Notes under the pieces: model-generated | The model's database searches: none | Told to the model about the DNA's origin: nothing | What the model saw: only the letters and a program-made list of their open reading frames with translations | From: Octopus bimaculoides | Lineage: Eukaryota | Direction: 5' to 3' | DNA: 34,263 nucleotides | Assembly: GCF_001194135.2 (NCBI RefSeq) | Contig: NC_069005.1 | Coordinates: 2,318,616 to 2,352,878 of the forward strand | Program-made: the position numbers and the translations under genes | Part shown: positions 13,716 through 25,258 of the stretch, in pieces | How positions within the stretch are numbered: position 1 is the stretch's first letter | Layout of the letters: the number at the start of each line of letters is the position of its first letter

Positions 13716-13765
13716 TATAGGAATAATATGGCGGCTAGTAAACTGGCCGCCATATTATTCCTATA
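13716..13765. other. Near-perfect palindrome (24-bp arms, 2-nt centre)
   Basis: TATAGGAATAATATGGCGGCTAGT-AA-ACTGGCCGCCATATTATTCCTATA; one T:G pair. Confidence 0.95.
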
Positions 13766-14136
13766 TTTGGGCTACACCTGCATTTGAAATTTGACACTCG
13801 TGTCACCTACGGTGTCTAGATTTTTCATTTCATTCAATGTATAAACGTCTTTCAAGTATTCAGCCAGTATAACACAATGTGTTGTCACTTCTGTTAAACA
13901 AAAGACGCGAAATAGAGATCGTCGAGAACGACTGAGATCCATTTACATTACTGTATATATTTATATGTGTATGTTAGCATTATGTATGATTGCGTATGTA
14001 TCTGTATGTGCGTGAAAGCATGTAAGTATCCATGCATATGTTTATGTATGTATGTGTGTGGCTATGCATATACCTAAACATGGTGTTATACATGATTCCT
14101 TGGTTGAGTCTATTTATGTATGCATACATTTTCGCA

Positions 14137-14202
<66 letters not shown>

Positions 14203-14205
<3 letters not shown>

Positions 14206-14415
14206 TTTTCTAGTCTAGGCACAAGGCCTCCAATTTTTTTGAGGGGTGGGTGGGGGAAGTCGATTAGATCGACCCCAGTACACAAATTTATCGACCCCGA
14301 AAAGGTGAAAGGCAAAGTCGACCTCGGCAGAATTTGAACTCAGACCCTAAAGACACAGGAAATACCGCTAAGTATTTCCCTCGTGTTGTTAACGTTTCTG
14401 CTAGCTCGCCGCCTT
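14203..14415 (-). mobile_element. tRNA-derived SINE family A
   Basis: Contains GAAAGGCAAAGTCGACCTCGGCAGAATTTGAACTCAG and CTAGCTCGCCGCCTT, the reverse complement of the 10954 copy; (TA)n lies at its 3' end. Confidence 0.9.
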
Positions 14416-14640
14416 ATGAATACATATTTATATCGCCATATATATTAACAGGTATATAAGCATGTTTATATGTATGTGTGTGTATATGTGTCCGTGCATG
14501 TGTGTGTGTATGCGTATATATATATATATATATATAACAAGATGTTCAATTACATTTTCCGCCAAGAACCGACTATAATCTTTACATTGCCTATTTTATG
14601 ACAATGTGGCATAATATTTGTGCACACACTCACATACATA

Positions 14641-14787
14641 CATATACACCTAGCCACACACATACACACACAGAAACAGATATATATAATCTTATATACA
14701 CACACATATACATATACACCTAGCCACACACATACACACACAGAAACAGATATATATAATCTTATATACACACACATATACATATAC
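14641..14787. repeat. Perfect 70-bp tandem duplication (2.1 copies)
   Basis: 14641-14710 is identical to 14711-14780. Confidence 0.95.
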
Positions 14788-15049
14788 GTATATATGCACG
14801 AGGACGTTTGTATTTACGTGTCTGTTTAATCTGTGTACGCCCGTATTTTCTTTTGCGCGTCCATATATATTATATATATATATATATATTCATTTATATA
14901 TACTTATATACACACATACATATATATATGTGGATGTATATGTATGTATATACATAAACATATGTGTCTGTTTGTATATGTATGCATGTTATTCGTACAT
15001 ACATTAAAGAAACGGAGTCTGTAGGTGGCAATAATAAAAATAACAGTAA

Positions 15050-15061
15050 TAATAATAATAA

Positions 15062-15125
<64 letters not shown>
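15050..15125. repeat. (AAT)n then (GTA)n microsatellite
   Basis: Direct inspection. Confidence 0.95.
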
Positions 15126-15128
<3 letters not shown>

Positions 15129-16436
15129 TCATAATATAAATGGCACTTGGGGAGTTTGATCAGTGGAGGTTGGTGACGAGTAGGTTGAGAATATTTACTT
15201 ATATTTCGTAATATCTTTCTACAACATACATTTAATTATTTTTCAAAAGTAAAATAGATAACAACAAAATTATATGCTGTACCTGTTATTGCTTTTAACT
15301 AACGTAATTATCTGTTAATATCGCTCTGGCTTTTCATGTCGTTTATTAATATTGTGTTTGTTGAAGCTATTATTATTATTATTGTTGTTTGTGGTGGTGT
15401 AGTTTGTAGTGATGGTACTAATATTATTATTATTGTTGTTGTTGTTATTATTATTATAAATTATTTTCACTTTTGGTTTTGGCACTATTAGTGTTGGTTT
15501 TGTTGTTGTTGCTGTTTGCAATGAGCGAACGCGTGTGCCAAAACTCCGGAGGACTCCCGTAGTTACCAAGATTAATCTCTTTGCCGTTTTCTTTGTCAAA
15601 ATTTTACTAGCTAAGTACTTTGAGATGTTTGTCTCACACCCATTACCCTTGGAGTAAAGAATGATTACCGCTAGATGTGTATTTGTTTATTGTTTAGTTA
15701 TTGGCACACTAAATTATACTAGTCACCCAAGAGGGACAGCTTTGACGTATCAAAAAGAGATGAAAGACTCTGAAAGGGCAGCAACCAATGAGTCCCATAA
15801 AAAAAGGAAAGGTTTAGGAAAAAAGATGAGTAAGTTGACAATCGAAATTGATTCGACAGAAATTATCATAAACGGATATATTTCTATTTTGAGAGATACA
15901 GAGGAGGGGAAAATGTATGAAAGGGGAAATTTTATCAATGAAATCAACAACAACGACAAATGTAGTATATCTTTTGCTAGCGTCACGAGCCAGGAGGAGG
16001 TATTAGATGTGAACTGACATCAGGAAAAGAATATCAGAATAAAGAATATCACAAGGAACAGTCTCTTTTTGCACAATTGCTTCATGGAGTTAAATGCACG
16101 AAGTCACGGACCTCCGTCTCACTTGAAAGGAAAGAGCTTCAGAAATATCACCGAAATGGCAGTCATAAGAAAGTGTGTCCAATGTGTGTGGTACGCTGTG
16201 TCCTAAATCGTCTGGGGTCGGATCGTAGGAAATGTGTTACAGGCATTTGATAGCTTAAAAAACTAAGCAAAACCCAACTGGATTTTGTATATAGAGCAAC
16301 CCCATCAATGCTAAAACTGCAGTGAAAAGGTTAAAAAAGAGAAATGCTGTAGTCTATCACAGAGAGACCGTTCAGATAAGTGGCAGTAACACTTCATTCC
16401 TCATCAGATTTGAGGCATAAAACTAGATATCAGTAC

Positions 16437-16472
<36 letters not shown>

Positions 16473-16716
16473 GTCTGTCTGCCTTTCCTGCACTGTCTTC
16501 AGATTGACATCCAGACACTCTGAAATGTTCGTATTGGAGCAGTACAGCATGACGTTTCCAAATTTCTGGCAGGGTAAATTGCGCCATGGGGCTGTTTTTC
16601 TCACAGATGGTGCCCAACTGACCCTTCTATTCTGTATAGTCGACAAAATCAAAAACAAACAATGCACATGCGCGAAATTAAGATATAAATGACGACAATT
16701 TACCCATCGCACCCAG

Positions 16717-16789
<73 letters not shown>

Positions 16790-17290
16790 NNNNNNNNNNN
16801 NNNNNNNNNNNNNNNNNNNNNNNNNNNNNNNNNNNNNNNNNNNNNNNNNNNNNNNNNNNNNNNNNNNNNNNNNNNNNNNNNNNNNNNNNNNNNNNNNNNN
16901 NNNNNNNNNNNNNNNNNNNNNNNNNNNNNNNNNNNNNNNNNNNNNNNNNNNNNNNNNNNNNNNNNNNNNNNNNNNNNNNNNNNNNNNNNNNNNNNNNNNN
17001 NNNNNNNNNNNNNNNNNNNNNNNNNNNNNNNNNNNNNNNNNNNNNNNNNNNNNNNNNNNNNNNNNNNNNNNNNNNNNNNNNNNNNNNNNNNNNNNNNNNN
17101 NNNNNNNNNNNNNNNNNNNNNNNNNNNNNNNNNNNNNNNNNNNNNNNNNNNNNNNNNNNNNNNNNNNNNNNNNNNNNNNNNNNNNNNNNNNNNNNNNNNN
17201 NNNNNNNNNNNNNNNNNNNNNNNNNNNNNNNNNNNNNNNNNNNNNNNNNNNNNNNNNNNNNNNNNNNNNNNNNNNNNNNNNNNNNNNNNN

Positions 17291-17337
<47 letters not shown>

Positions 17338-18118
17338 ATATTTGTATGTATTCATTTATTGTTTTCGTTTTTGCTGCTGGTGGTGGTGGTGGTGTCAGTG
17401 TTGTCGTAGTCTCAGAAAAGTCGAAGAAGTAATATAAAAGGCATAAATTTGAATTGAGTTGAGATTTGAAACCTCTCTGAAGAACTTGGCCATAAGGACT
17501 GTGCCTCGGGCAGGTTTATCTCAGCAATTGGTTTTCCATTCGGAATACAGTTGCACTTCAGAAACGCCGTTCCGTTGGAATAAAGTCACTCAATTTAAAA
17601 CAACACCGCCACTACTTCTCCTTCACCTTCCTTTCACTTTCTTTTCCCTTCTCCCCCACCTCTCTCTCTCTCTTTGTATCTCTGTATCTTTCGTTAATCC
17701 TTTCTTTCTTCTCTTTCATTCCTTCTCTTTCGTATTATTGGCTTTATATATTCCAATTTTAATTATTTTAAAAAGCTTTACTCCTTGACTCCTCCCAGTC
17801 CTTCCTCTCTTTTCTCCTCCTCTGTTTCTTCTATCTTCTTCGTCTCCTCTGTTTCTTCGCTTATCTTCTAACTTCTATTATCTTCTCCTCCTTTTCATTC
17901 TTCTGCTCTTTTTCATATTTCTTCCTCATTTCTCATTATCTCTCCCTCTTTCACTCTCTATCTACCCTATCTCTCCCTCTCTCTACCTCTCTCCCCCTCT
18001 CTCTCTCTTTCGAATGAACGAAATACTATCATTTATATCTCTGTCGGCAGAATTTCTAAAAGGAGGTATATTTTCCAGTTTCCGCTTTTATACAGAGAGA
18101 TCAAGAGAGAAAGAAAGA

Positions 18119-18186
<68 letters not shown>

Positions 18187-18428
18187 TAGAAGGGGGAGAG
18201 AGAGTGAGAGACATTCGTGTTCAATTTTATGTCTTGTTTTCAGCTACCCCTAAGGAATTTTTCTTAGGTCACTCAGACCCAGGCTAGGCTCTGCTCCCTA
18301 AACGTAATAAATATGCAATGATATTCTGCATGTTTATGGTTGTTCTATGCACAGTATTTATATTCAACACAGTATAGCCAAATAGTTAACCATTTACTTG
18401 TATCCACCATAAATGTAATTTTCTGTAG

Positions 18429-18514
18429 ATTCGGATGGACCCACGGAGGGAATGGGATTTAACGACGGCTATCCACCATCACCACCACATAAAAACATTA
18501 ACATCCCTCCCTAA
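18429..18514 (+). CDS. Candidate terminal coding exon of an unidentified gene (xDSDGPTEGMGFNDGYPPSPPHKNINIPP*)
   Basis: Acceptor TTTTCTGTAG at 18419-18428, higher GC than the flanks, non-repetitive protein-like frame ending in TAA. No homologue recognised. Confidence 0.25.
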
Positions 18515-18703
18515 ATTTCTATGTCTCTATCTCTCCCTCTCTTTTCTTGCCCCCCTCTCCCTCTCTGTCTGTCTTCGTCACCGCCCTCACCGTCTCTATG
18601 CCTATTATTACTCTCACCCAAACATGAGCAATAGTAGGAGTGTCAACGAATGGTGAGAGGGGATCGAAGTGTGACACACTGATACACAGAAATTAGTCTT
18701 CGC

Positions 18704-18753
<50 letters not shown>

Positions 18754-19138
18754 TTGAACAGCTTCTGCATCTTCTCAATATCAAATCCTCTTTACTGGGC
18801 AGTATAGATAAATTAAACAATTCACTGAAGAGTTCTATTCAGATGGAAACATGTCCGAAGTCGTTACTTAGATTAGACTCGCTCTAAACTGCGTTCCTCA
18901 CATTCAATGTTTAATCGACTTTGTCTTCATTAATTTAACTCAGTGGTTTATCTCCCCACACTCTCCTGATTACCAGTTGTCATTTAAGTAATATATATCT
19001 TTTTTTCCCCAAGTCGGGCAATAGTTTTAATTATTTAAAATTTCAGCGCTTGCTACATTAAGTTAGCACCAAAATTTACTAAATGAAATTAACGTGACCT
19101 TAGCTATGTCCTTCACAGCAGTCATTATTTCAAAGCTG

Positions 19139-19157
19139 AGCAACTAGATGGCGCCAT
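19139..19157 (+). promoter_or_regulatory. CTCF-like motif
   Basis: GCAACTAGATGGCGCCA differs from the CCACYAGRKGGCRS core at one position; it lies in non-repetitive sequence. Confidence 0.35.
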
Positions 19158-19333
19158 CATCTAAATGAAACGCACTGCCATTTTGGAGTTCCTCTCATTA
19201 AATTTTACATTTTTATTCGCTGAAGTTTTTAACGTACGCCGTGTTTTAATTTGAAGTATTTTTTTTTAATCAGAAATTACTGCATACAGGAGCAGTATGA
19301 GACATAGGCATATATATATACTAAAATACATAC

Positions 19334-19396
<63 letters not shown>

Positions 19397-19658
19397 GTGG
19401 TGTGCTTTATAACGTTTATCTATATACATATCTGTGTATGTACGTATGTATGTATGTGTATATATATGTATATATATGTGTGTGTGTGTGTGTGTGCATA
19501 CATGCATACAAACACACATATACATATATATTGTTATTTACATATATATATATGCATGTATATATATATATGGTTGTATATATATATATATATACGTGCT
19601 TGTGTATTTTTATTTACATATATATATATGCATGTATATATATATATATGGTTGTATG

Positions 19659-19688
<30 letters not shown>

Positions 19689-19690
<2 letters not shown>

Positions 19691-19764
19691 TAGATATATG
19701 TGCACACACAGACATAGATATATGTGCACACACAGACATAGATATATGTGCACACACAGACATA
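19689..19764. repeat. 24-bp minisatellite x3
   Basis: CATAGATATATGTGCACACACAGA repeated three times. Confidence 0.92.
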
Positions 19765-21030
19765 AATATGCATGCATTAATATCACATCACCATACACAC
19801 ACTCGCACACGGACATCATATTCGCATACGCTGGATATGTAGCGAAACGTAATTATAAACAAACAGTAAAAAAAAAAAAGGCTTATTTATTTGTTTGTTT
19901 GTGTGTTTGTACGTTCGGTTGTTTATTTAGTGTTGTGTTTACACTAGCCAACTAGTGACGATCAGATAGTAGCAATGTGATACAAGAGTGAACATACTTA
20001 TCAAGAATCTAAAAACGTAAGGAACACCTATTAAAAGTTAGTTGTGATAGTTTTAATAGCTGTGCTCGTCATCCCCGTAGCGCTTGCGATAGTCATGTCT
20101 ATGTATATGTGTGTGAGCAGCGCACAGTGTGGTGTTGTTGATGATTAATGTCAACTTCTGTAACGTCCTTACCACACCCCGTTCACCGATTATTAATAAA
20201 CACACACACATACACACACACATATAAAAAAAAAATTATTTAATTAAGAAAATATTAATTGAGCTAATTTAATTCTGTGAAGAAATGTAGCGAAGTTAAA
20301 TTTTTATAAAATTGGAACCGCATTTATTAGAGATGTAGGGGTGTACAGCAGTAGTGAAGGGGTTGCGGTTGGTATGGATGTGTGCGTAGTTGCGTGTTTT
20401 AAGCATGTTCGCATGAGTGTGTTAATGATATTTTATATATGTTTGCGCGTGTGTGTGTCTGTCGGTTAATGAAGTGCGTGTTAATGATGTGTGAGTGGCT
20501 TAATGACGTGCGTGTGTTAATGATTGTGTGCGTGTTTGTGTGTGTGTGTGTGTATTTACGTGTGTTAACGATTGAGTGTGTGTGTGTATGTGTACGTGTA
20601 TGTGTTTCTGTTGGGGATACGTGAAGCGTTGGGGGTGGGGTTCGTGCTGGTGATGGTGGTGCAGTGATGTGTGTGCGCGTATGTATATGTGTTTGTGTGT
20701 TGTGTGCATCAGTGTAATGTGTATGTATGTATGTATATTCGAGTGCGTTTATGTGCATATGTCTAAATATGTGATGGTGACGTATGATGGCGGTGGTACC
20801 TTTTGGGACCGGTGTTGTGTTCTGATGTGCCATGGTGGAACTCGCTGTGGTAGTTGCGGTGGTGGTAGTGGTTCTAGTGCTGGTGGTATTTGCGGTTTTG
20901 GTGGAAGCGGAGATAGCTGTATTGGCAGGGGTATTGGCGATGGCTGTGGTAGTACTGGTAGTGGTGGTGGCAGTAGCGATAAGGCTTGTTGTGTGATGAA
21001 GGTGTTAGGCAATGTTTGTGATGATGGTGG

Positions 21031-21071
<41 letters not shown>

Positions 21072-21382
21072 GTTGTGTGTTTGAAAGAAACGAGTAAAAG
21101 AATAAATTTTTTGATAAAAATAAAAAAAGCAAGAAGGAAAACAAATTAAAATTGAAAATAAAAATAAGTAAATAAAGGAAGCGAAATTATTAATAAATTA
21201 AAATGGCTAATCAATTAAAATAAACTGGGAAATTAATTAAAAATTAGAATAATTAAAGAACTGAATAAATAGAGATAGATAACTCGATCAGAGTATAGGT
21301 TTCCTTGGAACTAGGTTGATACAGCGTCGCATACACACAGGCACGCATACACACATACATATATATATACACCAAATAACCC

Positions 21383-21471
<89 letters not shown>

Positions 21472-21614
21472 AAACACATATATGCGCTAACGCACATACA
21501 CGCACACATTTATCTCTCTCACTCACCTCTCAATCTATCCAACTATATATATCTATCTATCTATCTCTATATATATACATATACACAAACCAATATATGT
21601 GGATTATATTACAC

Positions 21615-21657
<43 letters not shown>

Positions 21658-21824
21658 CAACAACGATGATGATGATGATGATAATGAGCTGTAAGATCCC
21701 AAAAGCCTTCACAACCTGCTATTTAGTGTTTCATGTAGCCGCTCATCAGACAGTTGTTTGTATTTAGAGCAATATAATGGTTCATACATACATACATACA
21801 TACATACATACATACTTACATGTG

Positions 21825-21864
<40 letters not shown>

Positions 21865-22364
21865 TTCATATGTATATAAATGTATATGTGATTGCTAGTG
21901 TGAAGATGTTAGCGTGTTTGTGCGTTTGTATCCTAAATGTGGCACACAGTGAAATACTGAAAAACTCTGAGAATCGACGGAGTGAGTTATCACTTTCGAA
22001 ATTAAATTAATTCCAATTCAGGTATTGATTATAATGCCTCCTTTTTTTTTTAAAACACAGATCTCAGAAGTACATGTACCGTATCAGTCTTCATAAATAA
22101 TACAAAAAAAACCAAAAAAAAACATCAATGCGTCTATAGTACTTGATGCAGTGATGTAGAGTAGAGTAATGTACCTTTACTTATAACACAAGAAGTTAGT
22201 GACCGCGTTTGCTGTCGTTGTTTTAATGGCTTTGGTTTTCAAGTTTAGTCCATACAGTGTAGAAATCAATGAGAAACATTTACATCAAGTAGACTCACAT
22301 ATAGGCGTTCATAAGCACATCTATCTCTGTAGTGAAGTGAAAGCACGTTATAAAAATAAAACTA

Positions 22365-22395
<31 letters not shown>

Positions 22396-22398
<3 letters not shown>

Positions 22399-22515
22399 GA
22401 CAAGGTGCACCACATATGCTATATAGTTGACATTGCATGTCCCTTTGACCCACGAATAGTCAAGAAGGAAGGCGAAAAGATAAACAGATACAATCATTTT
22501 TAGTACGAAATAGCC
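22396..22515 (+). pseudogene. RLE endonuclease fragment of an R4/Dong-like non-LTR retrotransposon
   Basis: MDKVHHICYIVDIACPFDPRIVKKEGEKINRYNHF*YEIA matches the RLE pattern DKxxxxCxIIDIAxPxDxRIxxKExEKIxKYxDLKYEI; directly preceded by (AAT)10 at 22368-22397. Confidence 0.8.
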
Positions 22516-23426
22516 CTACAACGTTGCATGCAATTATGATTGTAAACTATGGCCAACACTCAAATAAGACAGAATTCTTGAAAGCAGACGGCTCAAAACG
22601 AAAGAGCATTGTTCGTATTAACTTCACTCTCTCCTAAAATCAGTTTTGACCAAATTCTACGATAAACAATGAAAAAGTCCGAAAATCATTATTTTAGTTC
22701 CATCTGATTTAATTACTAATCAATAATCAAATAAAAACCGTTTTTTGTGTCACCTGCAAAGTTATCCAGCTTACTCTGGAAATGGTAATTTTTCAAAATT
22801 CTGACAGCAACCATGTTATTTTCGTACGTGATATAGTTAAGCTGTTACTATCAATTCACCGCATGAGCGTGTGTTTTTTTTAATCGCTAAGACGGTTTTG
22901 CCATATAAAGAAATTGTAGCGAGATGATTTTTATTTTGAACGATCGCATTCATATTTTCTATCTTCGTAGCACGACTGCAATAAAAGATGTTAAGCTTAC
23001 ATCATGGTAGCTCAGCCAGTTAGATCGATTACTGAGTTAAAATCTTCCTGCCAACTTGTCTGTAGAAGATTCTAGAAATTTTGAGCCGACAGTTATAAAA
23101 AGCGGAGCGAATTCAACTTTAGGCAGAGCCAGTGCCGTCCGAAGGCATGGGGGACACTGGACCGTTGCCCGAGTTTAGGGGCTAGAATTTTATCAATTAA
23201 ATACGATAGAGCCCAACATTACTACAAAGGTGACCTTGGGCAAAGCTATCCCAGTTTTATGCAGATCATGCTATTTCTACCCCGTCTTTATTCTGTTATT
23301 GTCTCATCTCTCTCACCCATTCTTGTCTTTCCGATTTAGCCATTACTAATTATGATATGTCATTTTCTGCTACCTTTCAGGATCTATTTTACATTCAGTT
23401 CTATATTCAAGAGATGAGGAATTATG

Positions 23427-23623
23427 TACATTATTTACATTCGACAGATATTTGTCCTCATCTTGTTTGTTGTTAACACAACGTTTCGACTGATATACCC
23501 TCCAGCCTTCATCAGGTTCGAAATTTTCCCAAGACACCTGATGAAGGCTGGAGCGTATATCAGCCGAAACGTTGTGTTAACAAACATGATGAGGACAAAC
23601 ATCCGTCAAATGTAAATAATGTA
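23427..23623. mobile_element. Penelope-like element pseudo-LTR pair in inverted orientation
   Basis: Arms 23427-23516 and 23537-23623 are reverse complements (roughly 90% identical) with a 20-nt spacer; each carries a hammerhead core. Confidence 0.8.
23533..23578 (+). ncRNA. Minimal type I hammerhead ribozyme (Penelope-type)
   Basis: GACAC-CUGAUGA-A-GGCUG[GAGCGUAUAU]CAGCC-GAAAC-GUU-GUGUU: intact core, 5-bp stem II, palindromic stem III AACGUU, stem I GACAC/GUGUU. Confidence 0.8.
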
Positions 23624-24174
23624 TATTTTACATTATCTAAATGTTCTTTTATTTCTCAATTCTCAACTGTTGTTATTTATTCGACAGCTGTATAAATTCA
23701 TGTATTAGGAAATAAACAGTGAAATAAACAGACTGAAAAACAATGCTCAATTTTGCATGATTTTCCTGGATTGAACATGTAACACAGAAAAACATAATTA
23801 TCGCTTATTCATTAGCTACATCAAAACCAATGCTATAAGAAAAAAACAAACAAACAAACGAAAAGTAACTCTGGCCTAGTGGACGTTGTTAATTGATAAA
23901 CTCAAACAAATAGCTAAATCCCATTAGTAAACAGAATAATTAAAGCAATTCACAAAACAGATCGAAAAATTATTCTTTGCTTGTTTTCTGCTTATATTTG
24001 GAATAGAAGCAGATTGAATGTAAAGCGTTCGGAGAGGAAGCATTTCGTATGTTGTATGGGCTAAAGTCAATCGCTCCCTCTTCCGGATTTTAGCTCACGA
24101 TGCATTATGGGAAATATTTACCTGAAAAAAACAAACATTTCTAATGTGTGAGAAAATTTATACAGCTTAAACAA

Positions 24175-24345
24175 TGGCTGTGTAATTAAGAAGTTTGTTT
24201 ACAAGCCATGAGTTTTCAGGTTCAAATCCCACTCTGCAGATCATTGGGTATGTGATTTCTATTATACCTGTCAGACGATTAATGCCTTATGAGTCAATGT
24301 AGTTGACGGAAACTGTGGGGAAGCGCGTCGTATATATGTATATAT
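24175..24345 (+). mobile_element. tRNA-derived SINE family B (CORE-like centre)
   Basis: A-box-like TGGCTGTGTAATTAAG, B-box GGTTCAAATCC (24219-24229), then GACGGAAACTGTGGGGAAGCGCGTCGTATATATG tail. Confidence 0.8.
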
Positions 24346-24700
24346 AACGTTTCGGAACAGTTTAACTCGAAGTACATAAGGTTGTAAATAATAGCATGTA
24401 AGTATTGGATTAAAAATCTCTTTGGATGGAAAAAAAAAGACGAAGATGCGGGCTCGGTGAGATATTTAACCCAATCGTTACAAGTTATTAATTATAGCTT
24501 TATTTACTTCGAGTTAAACAGTTTATAAAAAAAATAATATCACGTTTTCTCGAAATTTCTAAATTCATATGATGTCAACTCTTTCTCTCTCTCTCTCTGT
24601 ATATACATACACACACACATATATATAATTAAAAAGTTAATAAAAGAAAAATTAAAAAGATGCTTGGTTTATTTTATTTGTATTACAGTTGGAAAAATAA

Positions 24701-24726
24701 TCTTTTGTACTCTAGGCACAAGACCT
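24701..24726 (-). mobile_element. 3' end of a SINE family A copy, rest in gap
   Basis: TCTTTTGTACTCTAGGCACAAGACCT resembles TCCTTTTCTAGTCTAGGCACAAGGCCT at 14202-14228. Confidence 0.6.
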
Positions 24727-25258
24727 NNNNNNNNNNNNNNNNNNNNNNNNNNNNNNNNNNNNNNNNNNNNNNNNNNNNNNNNNNNNNNNNNNNNNNNNNN
24801 NNNNNNNNNNNNNNNNNNNNNNNNNNNNNNNNNNNNNNNNNNNNNNNNNNNNNNNNNNNNNNNNNNNNNNNNNNNNNNNNNNNNNNNNNNNNNNNNNNNN
24901 NNNNNNNNNNNNNNNNNNNNNNNNNNNNNNNNNNNNNNNNNNNNNNNNNNNNNNNNNNNNNNNNNNNNNNNNNNNNNNNNNNNNNNNNNNNNNNNNNNNN
25001 NNNNNNNNNNNNNNNNNNNNNNNNNNNNNNNNNNNNNNNNNNNNNNNNNNNNNNNNNNNNNNNNNNNNNNNNNNNNNNNNNNNNNNNNNNNNNNNNNNNN
25101 NNNNNNNNNNNNNNNNNNNNNNNNNNNNNNNNNNNNNNNNNNNNNNNNNNNNNNNNNNNNNNNNNNNNNNNNNNNNNNNNNNNNNNNNNNGGGAAGATAA
25201 TAAACAGCTGTAGAATATATTATCATAGAGAGGAGCAACAGAGAGGGAAAGCTAGAGA

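Noticed and set aside
23128-23185. CAGTGCCGTCC...GTTGCCCGAG..GGGGC resembling a hAT-type MITE terminus
   Set aside because: No matching opposite TIR or 8-bp TSD was found.
23424-23615. 63-aa ORF across the inverted repeat
   Set aside because: A by-product of the Penelope-like inverted LTR pair, not a plausible gene.
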